DNA of 64,000 nt from Camelus dromedarius (taxonomy: Eukaryota), in NCBI RefSeq assembly GCF_036321535.1, contig NC_087436.1, positions 34,846,001 to 34,910,000 of the forward strand. Reading direction: 5' to 3'. Position 1 is the first letter of the stretch, and the number at the start of each line of letters is the position of its first letter. Positions 51,311-64,000 of the stretch are shown here, piece after piece. Below the pieces are notes generated by a model. It did no database searches. It saw nothing but the letters and a program-made list of their open reading frames with translations, and was not told the DNA's origin. Both the position numbers and the translations under genes were made by a program.

Positions 51311-51834
51311 CAACTTAGAATAAGATGAATTAAATCAGAGAAAGTAAATTTACCAGACCATACGAACAGCTCTACTGGGAACTTCTGCAATTATTTTATT
51401 ACTGAATTTTAACTCAATATCACGCAACTGGATGAAATGTATAATAAATAACTACTGGTAAGACCACTGGTTATTGAAGCAGACATAGAGCTAGTCATGA
51501 GCAGAGCATCAGAAGGACATGGCAGAAACACATGCTCACCCATTTACACAAACTGTTGTTACCCAGGATCCCACATGCACAGTCTTCTCAATGTAAGAGT
51601 CATGTGACAATAATGTTGTTAAGCTAAACATTCAACATGACTTCTGTATGGAAAAAATCATTTCCACTTCATCAAACCGGACCCATTTTGGAAGAGATAA
51701 ACATGTAGATGATGTCATGTCATTAACGTTTACTTCTGTATAATGAGTCACCATTGAAATGGAGGAGGGATAGTTTGCCATAGTTATGCAACAGACCTAG
51801 AGTTAACAACAAAAAGTAATCTGGATGATTAGAA

Positions 51835-52264
51835 CCTAATATTTACTCTCTCCTTCCTTGGTTATAGAACTGATTTTTAGCTGAGCACATGATGGTCTGG
51901 AATAAAGAATATGTTTTTCACCTTCATCTACAGTTAAGTATCAACATGTTACTTACTGTTTTGTTATGAAATATAAACAGAATTTGTGGGCAACTTCTGG
52001 AAAGTGCCCTTAAATGAAAGTGGCATATCTTTCTTTGTCGCTGGCTGAAATTAAGTGTGATTGCTGGGGCTTGAGCAGCTATCTCGAGCCATACAATGGA
52101 AACCACTTGTTGAGATCAGGAAGCAACAGATGGGAATTGCCATACATCCTGGTAATTGTGGGTCAGGACTGCTTACGTCCAAAAAGGGACTTCTATCATA
52201 CTTAAAGCTGCTGCTAATCTGAACTTTCCAATCCTTGCAGCTAAATCTAGTCTTACCTGATACA
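51835..52264 (+). mobile_element. Old MaLR (MLT1J-like) LTR
   Basis: gatttttagctgagcacat..., gcagctatctcgagccat..., ends cttgcagctaaatctagtcttacctgataCA. Confidence 0.55.
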
Positions 52265-53699
52265 TCTAGAAATAACTAGACTCCCATGCTAGAGAATTAA
52301 AATTTGCCATGCAATAGTCTTAGGACTACTCTTTTAATATTTTCAACTGAGTTTGATCTATTCTGTGAAATCTTAAAATATTCAAATTATACTAATGCTT
52401 TTTGTAAAATAAAAATTTCAATTCAATGTAGACCAGTTATAGACACTTGAGTATAAGTTAAAATAAAAAAATAGAAAGTATTCTAATAAAACTGGATGCT
52501 GATTCATCAGTCATGAGCCCAGGAACGTTCCTAACTGGTTGTGGTTGTTTTCAATACACCCTTTCTAGGGACTAAAGGGTTTGGGCTCTACATGGTGAAT
52601 TCTAGCTTGGTAATTATTATGTCCTTAAGTGAATGTATATTCAAAGAGTATATATGCTTTTTTATGTCCATAACTAGCACTGTGGTAGTCAGTTTTGTTT
52701 GCTTTTCCTGTTTCTAAGGAAATTCCATCTAATTTTCCCTTTTCAATTACCTCTGGATTTTTGAGCCCAGAGATTAAAGGTCATTAAACATTCTAGAGTT
52801 CATTTAGTTCATTCATAATAGCTTCCTTAAGATACAAAGACGTCAACTTAACAACAATATTTTAAGTTAAAATATTCCAGTGTTTTAAAATAATTAAATT
52901 TGGGGGGCAAAAGAAAAAAAAATTTGCTGGCTGTACTTGGACTATTTCTAAAAAAATCTGGCAGGATTAACTGTTAATCTGGTTCCTAGAGTTTTCCTCT
53001 GTGTTTCCAGATGAAAGGGCTTGATATGTTTGAATAACCAATAAGTTTTGCAGGCTTATTCTTAGTAACCATTTGAGGTTATTCCCACAACTCCACTTAG
53101 AGCCCCATAATTAAAAATCTAGATGAAGAGAAAATCTTCACTATAAACATACCCATTTCTTTCTGTATGCCTCAGGTTGCAATTTTTCCATGAAATGATG
53201 TGCAAGATTTGAGCTAGAGGGCATAAAAGCCACATTACTCTGAAATTACCATAAATATTATAACTGGTAACTGTAATTAGAAGGTAAATGCCAGGTAATA
53301 AAAATGTAAACATAGGACAATTTTTGCTTTTAAATTAGAATTTGAGTTATGCTATAATCTCTTTGGATCGACTGCGTAAACCTGTATTAGACAAGAATTC
53401 TGAGAAAACCTTATTATTCTGTCTCACGTGCATCCCACAATCACAAGCTTAAACAAAGGTACCCAACAAATTGCAGTATCTAGTTTAGTAATAAGAAATC
53501 ACAGTAACTCTTTACGGTTACAATAAAATTGTTAGCAACAAAATTCACAGCACTAAATAGGAAATGGTTTCCATTTAAAGGATTTGATTTATATTATGTC
53601 CCAGAATCGTGTAAGTTAACACAGTAAAGTTGAAGTCACTGAAGAATAAAGTTGGCAGTAAACATAGGCTGTGCTAACAAAGAAGTGAGCCTTAGATCA

Positions 53700-53930
53700 C
53701 ATGATGGTTAAGAGAATAGGAAGATCTAGATTAATTTTTGGCTTTAATGTTTACTAATTGTATAATCTTGTGAATGTAACTTAACTCCTTTAAGCTTTAG
53801 TTCTCATGTATAAAATTGGTGTAATCACACTTTCTATTTCATAGGGTTGTATTTAGAATTAAATGTGATAATTAATCTGTCACGTGTGGAGCAGGCTCCC
53901 TAAAAATTAGTAAATGTTAGGAGGTATCAT
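53700..53930 (+). mobile_element. MIR SINE
   Basis: atggttaagagaatagg...taacttaactcctttaagctttagttctcatgtataaaat...catagggttgt. Confidence 0.65.
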
Positions 53931-54479
53931 TCTTCCTCCCAGAGATAATTCTCAGGAATTTTTACTTTTAGTATGTCACTGATTTAGTTTAAAACTCACC
54001 ATCGATTTGAAAACAGCTTTTGTTGGAAAAATGAAAACATTATCATATCACATATATACACATGGATTATAAGACATTGATTCTGAAAAGTTGAAATTCT
54101 AAAAGTATATCTTAGACTTTAGGGAATAAGGCATGCAACATTGGCATTTGAGGGTGCTTTTAGCTCCTTTCTATTTTCAGAATTTCTTATACCCCCAGGT
54201 TTTAGCACCATGTTGTCAGATCTATAAAAATGTAATAATCTTAACAAAAGGTGATAAAATAAATAATATTGATGGATAGTAAGTCCAATATTTAAACTTG
54301 AAACCAATGTAGAACTGAATGAAGAAAAGCAAGCTGAAGAGTGTGTGTGTTTTTTTTTTTTTTGAAGTGGTGAATTATTTTATTTGATATACACAAGTAA
54401 AAATCATTTGTGCTTTTAGGATTATTTTCCAGTAATCTCTTACTAGAATACTAAAATGGGTCTTACTCATGATAACATA

Positions 54480-55130
54480 TTCTCATTGTAGTCCAAGTGC
54501 AACTTTCAATTTCAAGACAAATCATGTCCGTTATCTACTCATTTAGAGGAAAAGCCACAGTCCCTACAATGGCCTAAAAGCTCTGCCTCCTCTGGCCTCG
54601 GTCCCTGGCTGATCTTCCCTCCCCCTCCTCTTCCTGTCCCTTACTCCTCGCCAGCTACACTGTCTTTGTTATTCCTCAACACACAGGCATGCTTCCTAGG
54701 GTCTTTGTCTAGCTTTTCCATTTTCCTAGGTGCCCTGCTTCCCGTATTTTTTTCTTGGCTAGCTCTCTCACATCTTTCAAGTTTTTGTTCACATCTCATT
54801 TTTTAAATCCTGCCTACACTGAATGTGAGAGCTAATCTCATCCTTCCTACTTCTGATTCCCACTCTCTGTTCTTTTTTTTTTTTTTCCATAAAGCTTACC
54901 AATTTCTAAAATACTATAAAGGTATTTATTCATTTTATACAGATATAGATATAGATATAGGTATAGATACAGATATAGATATAGATTGTTTCTGTCTCCC
55001 CTTAATAGAATATAATCACCTTGTGGGCAGAAACCCTTAACTATTCTGTTCAGTGATACATTCTAAGTATGGAGGACAGTCTCTGGCTGAAAGTAAGTGC
55101 TTAGTTTATCCAAATATTTGTTGGATAAAT
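54480..55130 (+). mobile_element. LINE2 (L2a-like) 3' portion containing an (ATAGAT)n tract at 54937-54986
   Basis: aaagccacagtccctacaatggcctaaaagctctg... tgttcagtgatacattct...aaatatttgttggataaat. Confidence 0.75.
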
Positions 55131-55404
55131 GGAGACACTACTACACAGAGAGGTGTTGGTTTCAAGAAAAGATTTGTCAACAGTGCCGAATGTTACTGAA
55201 CAATAAATTAAGAAAAGCACTTTGGTTTTAACTCCTAAGATGTCATTTATGACTGATCCAGGTCATTTTAGTGGAATGATAGAGGCAAAAGACGGAGATC
55301 AAATGATTAAATCAGAGATAACAAGTATAAATATTTAAGACAGGACTGCATTTACATATGTGGAGGGAAGAAATCCCATGTAGAGGAAGAACAATATCAT
55401 TTTT

Positions 55405-55610
55405 TAAATACATTATGTGTCAGGCCCTCTGATAAGAATTTTTCTTTTTATATATTATCCTTTTAAATCTTAACAACAACTTTGTAACACCAATGTTTTG
55501 TGACTCATTTCATTTTACAAATGAGAACGCTTAGGTAAAGAGGGGCTAATAATTTAAGAAGTGATTTCATAACAGGCTGCAGGACTCCAGAGCTCACACT
55601 TTGTATCTTC
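55405..55610 (-). mobile_element. MIR SINE
   Basis: ttaaatcttaacaacaactttg...cattttacaaatgagaacgctta. Confidence 0.55.
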
Positions 55611-58600
55611 ACCAAATGTAAAACTGTGAACAATGTAAGTACTTCTTTTAAATGAAAAGACTTACAAAGAGTCCCTGAAAAATGTCTGGGCCCCCAAAAT
55701 TAAGCAGACCACTGTCAAGGAGGTTTTGTCTTGTGACTGATGAAAGAATGAGTTGAGGAAAACAGCGTTAAATAAAGTTCTCTACTATTCAGTCTTACAG
55801 CACACAACCTCTTCCTTAAACACTCTTTTCACACTGTTAAATTCTATTTTGACTTTTTTTGTTCTTTGTTTGAGGTCTGGCCTCCCTCATTGCTCTGAAA
55901 GCACCATGAAGGTAGAGACCATCTGTGTTTTGCTCACTTCTAGTCCTATATTCTAGCAAAGTTTGTATGTTGAAATTAACATGCATCTGATATTCAGAAC
56001 TTAACCGCTGTTTTATTTTCTGGTATATAAATAGTATGATGAAACCAGTGAAAGCAGATTAATAATTGAAATATAATATATCATCTAAATTAAAATATGT
56101 GCACAAGGTTGCAACTTCCAAATATGTAGAAAATATAAATAAATGTCAAGTGATTCTAAAAAGTATAGATTTGTGGATGTATTTTGAGCTTGGTTTACTA
56201 TTTTATCTGTTTTATTCTTTTATTTATATATTTCCAAGTTGACTATAACCAAATTTTCCCCACAATTTAATAATAAAAAATAATTTGGAGATTAAAAATA
56301 TTATTTACAGCAGCAAGATTGTAGTTCAAAGTGACCACAAATATTTTGATGTCTATATTAAATAAAACCATCACTGGTTCTGAATTTTTTGCACTCTTTA
56401 TTATTCAGGAAATAAGTTTAACATAATTTAAGTCAAGTGAAAAACAAAAGAAAACATATCTTAGGAAAACATTTTCAAGAGGCATATGAAAAAAATTTAC
56501 TCCATGCTTTTTTCAATTTATTTTCTACTTAAGTTTTCAAAAATTATCTGTTTTTCACATGAACTGGGATGACTGCTATTCAGCCACTTAATTTATAATT
56601 ATGAGATGTATAACATAGAAATACATAATCTAAGTAAACAAGCCAGACATTTCTAAACTTAAGACCATCTTGTGAATATATGCATATAAACAAAGACTGA
56701 GAGAAACAAGGAAAAGTAATATCAGGGAAAGTCTCAAAGAGGAAATGTTTACTCCATGCCATTTAAATAGCCTTTAATTTCACTATATTATGATCTTATA
56801 ACAAATAAAATAAAAGTATATTTATAAAGATTTTAAAAATAATGTAACAAGGATATGTCAAAAACCTATAACTAAGAGACATGATTTTCAAGCAGTTTGT
56901 CATTGAATTAGGGTTTTTACCTCATTGTGGAATACTCTGACTTCAACCTTCCCCAAAGCTTAAAGTATTTTGTTAGTTTCACTCTACCCATATATAGTCA
57001 AATGATCCAATTTTTTAAAGTTAATTTTAAATTACTAGACATCCCTTATTTTTCTGAAAGCGAACCACTGAGAAGACACAATGTGGAAAAAAAAATCCTC
57101 AAATCTTTGGAGCATTAAAAACAAGAAGTGATCATTTTTCTAATAGCCAAATAAAAGGACATAGGCAATAAAAGGCTAGAGGAAGTGACAACATATTATC
57201 CAAAGCATTATGGACACAGTAAGGATCTTTCATTGTCAGAGAATTTAATAATGGTGTCACAAAATTCTCTCCAAATCCTTTAAATCCTTGTGCTGTCCAT
57301 ATTCAGCAAAATAAGCTTTTGTAAGATGTACACATTAAAAATCCTGGAAACTGTATTCATCATTTTACATTAATAGGTAGCAGGAAGCCATCAGTATCAC
57401 TTTTTGGCAATTGTCAGAGTCCAGTTTGTTTACTTGCCTCAGATTCAGAAATGCTTCCTCTCTTTGGGAATTGGATTACCCAAATTTTGCAAAATTCTAT
57501 TAAGTAGAATTCTTTGCTGATTTGTAGGTGATATTTTCAAAGAAATAATGAGCTTGGTTCTTTCCCTGTTGTAAGTGTCATATTGGAAGAAAATTCCTAG
57601 GTTTTCAGGAAAATAGATCAAAGGTTCAGTGGGGACAAATACTGTAGGGAAGCATATGATTCCTTGTACTGTCCAAACCCACAAACACAAAAATTTTGCA
57701 GTTCCTCCTTAATCAGTACTGTAAATGTAGAAGCATGCTATTACCAGAAAAAAATAAAATCAGATCTAAGGGCAAACTTTCATGCCCTTACTTGCGTATT
57801 GAATCATAGCTCCACTATAAATGCCAATTACCATGCTACTTCTTAGAAACAAAAATACTATACAAAAAGCAAGAAAATGTTAAAATTAGGAAAGTTCCTG
57901 AGATTATACTGATAATTCCATTCAGTTACTAGTTTTTAAGATGGATACACTTGGAGGAAACAGTTATCATTGGTTATTTGGCACCTGCCAAATGTAAGAT
58001 CTGAGCAACCTTTTGTCTGAGTCTTACTTTTTTTTTTAGCCTAATAACTTACTTCTTTAGGTTGTTGTGAGAACCTGAACATGAAAAATCATGCAAAAAG
58101 CTTAAAGTTAGTAATACCGATATCTACAAGCCATCAGTTAGAAATGCCAACTAATTCAACTAATGTCTAATCAGAACTTTGAATAATCGGAGACTAAAAT
58201 CTCCTGTCTAGTGGGTGTAGTTCAAAGTCTCGTTCATTTTTCATTCAGTCTTCCTGATAGCTCTGCGTGGTCAGTACATTGTAAGCCTTCTTATATACTT
58301 TCCAATGGAAGGAAATTGATGAGAGAAGTTGGGAGTCATCCCTGATGAATCACGAACTGAATGAAATACTACCAAATTTCTTCAACTCTACTGTAGGATT
58401 CTGATTATTCTTCCTTCTGAAATCAGTGCAACTAGAAAATCACAAAATTAAAATAGAAGTAAACGCTTTCTAATTTACTGCCCTAGTCATCACATTCCTA
58501 CTCTCTTATGTCTCAACAGTGAATAACACAAAACACTACTTTTGGAAGTTCTAACTTACTGCAGTTTCAGATGGTATCAAAGTCAGTTTATGTAGCTTAC

Positions 58601-60274
58601 TATGTATTTCTACTGCTTGTCTCAAGTAGGCATTGAATTTATTTCAGTTCATGATTTGTGTTTTAATTGGCTCATAATGTAGTAAATAGAATTCTCTTTG
58701 GGCAATTGTTCCAAACACATCTATTCTGTTATTTTCGATTGTCTTCTTGATAAATAAAATGGTAGCCTAAAGTTGGTAACTTTGTAGGAAGGAGGTTTTT
58801 TCTTTCTTTTTATTTTAAAGCTGTAAGAAGGATAAAAATGCTATCACATAAATAGTGGATATAATCTCCAATTAAATATCAATAAAACAAATGTGTTTTA
58901 TTGTTTTCCTTGGATCATAAGAGTAAAACATAAAAACAGCCTATGGGCTTTTCAGGGCATGAGCCTTCTTTCTGTAAAGCCGTGTGAGGAAAATATATTT
59001 ACAGGAGAGAAACACAAAGAGAAATGCAGAGAATGAGAAAGTATCAGAGGAGCATTCCTAAGGGATAACTCTATCTAGAATTTGGAAACAAAAAACAGGA
59101 GAAGCTAATGAACCATGCCACCAGCAAATCCAAGTGTAAATGAGGGGGATTAGTGAAGAGGAGGTCTGAATTCTAAAAGGCTGTTTCATACAAGTTCATC
59201 ACCATTACCGTTAATCTCCTAGCTTTTGTACTCTTCAGCACCAAATAACACAAATTATAGCCCTCTTCATTTATTCATTCACTCATTGATTTGTTCATTC
59301 ACCCATTTATTCTTTCCCCAAATAATTTATTGACTATCTCACACATAGAATCTTTGTTTTCCTCTCTCATCTGTGGTTCCAGAGGAAGACACTTACTAAA
59401 GTGCCTCTTATGGACTAAATTGACTCACAGCACTCTTGTTTCTATCGGCAAATGAGTCTGGAAAACTGCACATGGTCCTGAGTGGGCATCTGAAAGCTCT
59501 GGGCTCCAGGCACAAGTCTGTACATCAAACACCCTGTGAAGGGAGAGGACAGCTGTACAGTGAGAATCTCACAGGAGCCCACTGTGCTTAAGCTGGTTCA
59601 AATAAAAATGCTTTCATCAAGCTTCAGGTCTGCACGAGCTTTTCAGACTCTTGCTTATTGCCTTCCCAGGAGAACAGTTTCTCCTTTCTATGTTTGAATG
59701 ATTCTACAAGAAAGACTCATTTAGACCTCCTACGATCTTGATAATTTAAGTTAAGATATGTAATTTCACTTTTCCCGGGTCCCAACTTGAGCTGCAGCCA
59801 GTTTTTTTCCCCTTGCTGTCAATCACATCCATCTCATGTGACAGGTTCAGAATTTCCTTAAAATAAATGCTTTATGCCTGTAATAAACCTTTCATCAAGG
59901 GCCATTTGGGACTCTTAAATTGGGTTTAATGTTTCCATCATCCATGTGTAGTATGTCTGTTTATTTGGTATCAATATTAATTTTTTCTGATCTTGATTAT
60001 ATAGAATCAGTCAATCAGATATGTTGGCTGAGCTTTAAAACTCTTAATTGAGCCACTTGACTTGTACACATGACAAACTTTTACTGAGAACTTTGTCTTC
60101 AGCAGATATCATACTGCGTGCTGGGGTGCAGAGACAAATGAAACAATATCTCTACATTCTGGGAACTTAGTGTTTAGTAGAAAAGCCAGTAACTATGCAC
60201 TAGGACAGTGCTTTGCAGACAGGACTAATTTAGATGCCCATTCTATATGCTTCAATAATTTATTTTTAATTTAT

Positions 60275-61480
60275 CAAATTACATGACATTTTTCATAGAA
60301 CTAGGAAAAATAATCCTAAAATATGTATGGAATCATAATAGATCCATAATTGCCAAAGCAATCCTTAAAAAGAGCAAAGCTAAGGGCGTAACTCACCCAG
60401 ACTTCAGACAATACTACAGAGCTACAGTAATCAAAACAGCATGGTATTGGCACAGATACAGACATATGGATCAATGGAACAGAATAGACAGCCCAGAAAT
60501 AAACCCATACAATTAATCTTTTGACAAAAGAGGCAAGAATATACAGTGGAGAAAGAACAATCTCTTCAGCAAGTGGTGTTCAGAAAGCTGGTCAGCCTCA
60601 TGTAAATTAATGAAATTAGAACACTCCCTCACACTATACACAAAAATAAAGTCAAAATGGCTTAAAGACTTAAATAGAAGACATGACACCCTAAACTTTT
60701 AGAACAGAACCTAGGCAAAGCATTCTGACTCAAATCATAGGGATGCTTTCTTAGGTCAGGCTCCCAAAACAACAGAAATAAAAGCAAAAATAAACAAGTG
60801 GGTTCTTATCAAACTTAAAAGTTTTTCCACAGCAAAGGAAATGAAACCACAAACAAACTAAAAAGACAACCTATGTACTGTGAGAAAATATTTGTAAACG
60901 ATTAATTTCTAACATAAACAAACAGCTCCTACAACTCAGTGACAAAAAACCAAACAACCCAATCAAAAAAATGGGCAGAAGACCTAAATAGATATTTCTC
61001 AGGTGAATGGATAAAAAATATATGGTATATATATCCAATAGAATACTACTTAGCCATAAAAAATGAAATGATGCCATTTGCAACAAAGGTGAACCTAGAG
61101 ATCATCATACTAAGTGAAGTAAGTCAGAAACATATGTGGAATCTAAAATATGATACAAATAAACTTATTTACAAAACAGAAACGGACTCACAGACATAGA
61201 AAGCAAACTTATGGTTACCAAAGGGAAAGGGGGTGGGGGAAAGTTAAATTAGGAGTTTGGGATTAGCAGATACCAATTACCATATACAAAATCAACAACA
61301 AGGTACTACTGTATAGCACAGGGAACTATATTCAGTATCTTGTAATAAACCATAATGGGAAATAATATGGAAAAGAATATATATATATAATACGCATAAA
61401 CAAATCACTTTGTTGTATACCAGGAACTAACATAACATTGTAAATCAACTATACTTCAATAAAAATAAATAAATAAAAAT
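60275..61480 (+). mobile_element. 5'-truncated L1 with internal deletions (ORF2 3' part, 3' UTR and A-tail)
   Basis: ORFs 60283-60516 ([30 protein letters not shown]) and 60939-61199 are L1 ORF2 pieces; tail cttcaataaaaataaataaataaaaa. Confidence 0.92.
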
Positions 61481-62970
61481 TGATATAATTTATATACTCT
61501 AAAGTTTTCTGTTTTCAGTGTACACTTTTTGTGAAGTTTGGCAAATGCACACACTTGAGTAACCATCATCACCACAATCAAGATGATTTAGAAGAGGTCC
61601 ACCCCTCCCCCCTCAACAATTTCATCTATTCTTCTGTGTCACCCACACCACCCCTGCCACATACAACTGCTGACAACAAATGATATGGAACCTGCCCTTA
61701 TAGCTGTACCTTTTTCAGAATGTCATCTAGGGTAAAATCATATAGCATGTAACCTTTTGTATCTGACTTTTTCACTTAGCAAATGCATGGACTATTCATC
61801 TATATTTCTAACTATGTCAGTAGTTCTTTCTTTTTTTATTATTGAGTAATACTCACTTAAACAGACATACCACAGCTTATTTATTTACCTGCTGAGACAC
61901 ATTTGGGTTGTTTTACATTTTTAGGATATTATGAATAAAACTGCTACACATGCTTATGTACAGGCTTTGGTGCGAGCTTAGGATTTCAATTTGTGTAGTG
62001 AAAAATCTAGGAATGTGATCCCTGGATTATAAGTCCCATGCGTTTAATTTATAAGAAACTGCCAAACTGTTTTCTAAAGTAACTATACCATTTCGCTAAT
62101 CTAGTAGCATTATGTGACAATTCCAGTTGCTCTGCATCTTAATGAGCACTTAGTATTAATCCCTCTCCTCTTTTTTATGTTTAGGTGTATAGTAATGTCT
62201 CTTTGTGATTTTAACATTTGTATTGCTCTGATAACTAGTGTACTTATTTTTGATTCACATATCCTCTTTGAGAAAGCATCCAAATTCTCTTGCCCATTTA
62301 TTTATTATATTGTTTTCTTACCAAGTTTTGAGGATTCTTTATATATATATATATGCACATATATGTAACACCAACACATTCTCATTTTCTGAGAATACTT
62401 ATGATGAATGGATGTCAGATTTTGTAAAAGACTATTTCTGAATTGAGAATTTCATAATTTTTCTTAATTAGTCTGCTAAATGGTGAATTATATAGCAAAT
62501 AATTTTACAATGTTGAACAAACACTGATTTCCTAGGTTAATCCTCATTTGGATGAAGTATTATCATTTTTATACATTATTGAATTTATCTTATTAGCATT
62601 TTTTGAAAAATGTTGCTTTTATGTTCATGAGGGACATTAGCCTGCAGTTTTCTTTTCTTCCAATGTTTTTGCCCAGTTTGGACATCAGAGTAACACTCAC
62701 TCATAATATGAGTTGGGAAGTTTTCTTCCTCTTCATTACTCTGGAATAATTTGTGGAATTGGTATTATCTCTTCCTTAAATACTTGGTTGACTTTGTCAG
62801 CACAGGAAACTGCATGGAGTTTTCTTTGTTTAAAGTTTTTTTAACTACAAATTCAATTTATTTTATAGATAGAGGACTATTGAGATTACCTATTTTCCTT
62901 GGGAGAGATTAGTTCATCTTCTGAGAAAGTTTCCATCTCATTTGAGTTGTCTAATTTATGGGCATAATGT
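61481..62970 (-). mobile_element. Old L1 (L1M-type), antisense; resumes after the LTRs at about 63735-64000
   Basis: caccacaatcaagat, ataagaaactgccaaactgttttc, tatgttcatgagggacattagcctgcagttttc. Confidence 0.8.
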
Positions 62971-62971
62971 G

Positions 62972-63734
62972 TATAATGGGTTGCATTATGTCTTCCAAAA
63001 TCCATATGTTGAAATCTGTCTTGGGCCATTCAGGCTGCCGTAAACAAGATATCACAAGCTGGGTAGAATATAAACAACTGATATTTACTGCTCATTTTTC
63101 TGGAGGCTGGAAGTCCCTGATCACATGGCCAAGAGAAAGCCCTTTTCTGGGTCTCAGCCTTCTTCATTATATCTTCACATGGTGGAAGGCATAGGGAGTT
63201 TTGTGGGGTCTTATTTATAAGAACGTTAATCCCTTTCATGAGGGCTCCACCGTCATGACTTAGGTAACTCCCAGTGGCTCCACCAACAAATACCATCACT
63301 TTTGGAGGTTAGGATTTCAGCATATGAATTTGGGGGAAAGGGTACAAACATTCAGACCACAGCAAAGTCTTAATCTCCAATACCTTTGAATGCAACCTTA
63401 TTTGGAGACAGAGTTTTAACAGATGTAATGAGTTAAGATGAGGTTATACTGGAGTAGGGTGTATAATCCAATATATCTGGTGTCATCATAAAAAGGAGAA
63501 ATTTGGACACGCACACGAGGAGACAGCCATGTGAAGATTGGAGTTATGCTGCCACAAGCTAAGAACTAGGAAACTAGGAGACAGTCCTGGAACAGAGCCC
63601 TCCCTAACACCATCAGAGGGAGCACGACTCTGCTGAAAACTTGATCTTGGACTTCCAGCCTCCAGAACTGTGAGAAAATAAATTTCTGTTGTGTAAGCCA
63701 CTCAGTTTGTGGCAGCTCTAGAAAAACTAACATA
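62972..63734 (+). mobile_element. MLT1B/C-like MaLR solo LTR, split by a second LTR
   Basis: 5' part aatgggttgcattatgtcttccaaaatccatatgttgaa resumes at 63365 (gtcttaatctccaatacc...accttatttggaga...cttccagcctccagaactgtgagaaaataaatttctgttg...aaactaacata). Confidence 0.85.
63017..63364 (-). mobile_element. MLT1A-like MaLR solo LTR nested in the preceding LTR
   Basis: TG...CA termini (tgtcttgggccattcaggctgc ... aacattcagaccacagca); TSD aaatc (63012-63016) / aagtc (63365-63369). Confidence 0.85.
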
Positions 63735-64000
63735 CTGTTGTTCATTATTTTAATGTCTATAGAACATCTAGTGATGTCACCTCTTTTATTCCCGGTAGGT
63801 ATAATTTAAGTCTTCTCTCCTTATTGTTCGTTTGTCAGACTAGGGATTATTAAAGTTATTGATTTCTTTCAAAAAACCAGCTATTGGTTTAAGTGACTTT
63901 CTCTATTATTATTCTCGTCTAGTTTTCTTTTTGTTTCTATTACATCCTTTCTTCTGATTTCATTTGGTTAACATACTCTTCTTTTTATAATTTCTTAAAG

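Noticed and set aside
50873..51313. 146-aa minus-strand ORF
   Set aside because: It lies within an L2 relic and is degenerate LINE2 sequence, not a host gene.
56496..56760. tttactccatgc occurring twice about 250 bp apart
   Set aside because: No recognisable element or poly-A tail between the copies; plausible by chance in AT-rich DNA.
60283..61199. L1 ORF2-like ORFs as an active retrotransposon (also 27222-27425)
   Set aside because: 5'-truncated, frameshifted and internally deleted; no intact reverse transcriptase or endonuclease.
12221..64000. A second protein-coding gene, processed pseudogene or novel multi-gene system downstream of ANKRD50
   Set aside because: All listed ORFs are short and either repeat-derived or compositionally random. 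I recognised no exon chain or protein homology. A translated database search would be needed to exclude a very degraded pseudogene.

Overview
Mammalian genomic DNA, AT-rich and CpG-depleted. It is most likely camelid, inferred from two tRNA-derived SINEs resembling the camelid vic-1 type. The window holds the 3' half of ANKRD50 on the + strand: the end of an upstream intron (1-3592), one very large internal exon (3593-7143) encoding a STAND/NACHT-associated winged-helix region, about 19 ankyrin repeats, a Ser-rich tail and a C-terminal ETPL PDZ-binding motif, then an intron starting only 3 nt after the stop codon (7144-8679), and a non-coding terminal exon (8680 to about 12140). The remaining ~52 kb is intergenic and filled with L1, L2, MIR, MaLR/ERVL solo LTRs, DNA-transposon relics and SINEs, several with readable target-site duplications and nesting. 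No other ORF in the track looks like a real gene. I found no convincing new biological system. The best leads are the post-stop intron architecture, a possible gene-conversion tract between adjacent ankyrin repeats, a SINE-borne G-quadruplex, nested insertions, and a few candidate regulatory elements. Repeat family names and comparisons to human ANKRD50 are from recall, not from database searches.
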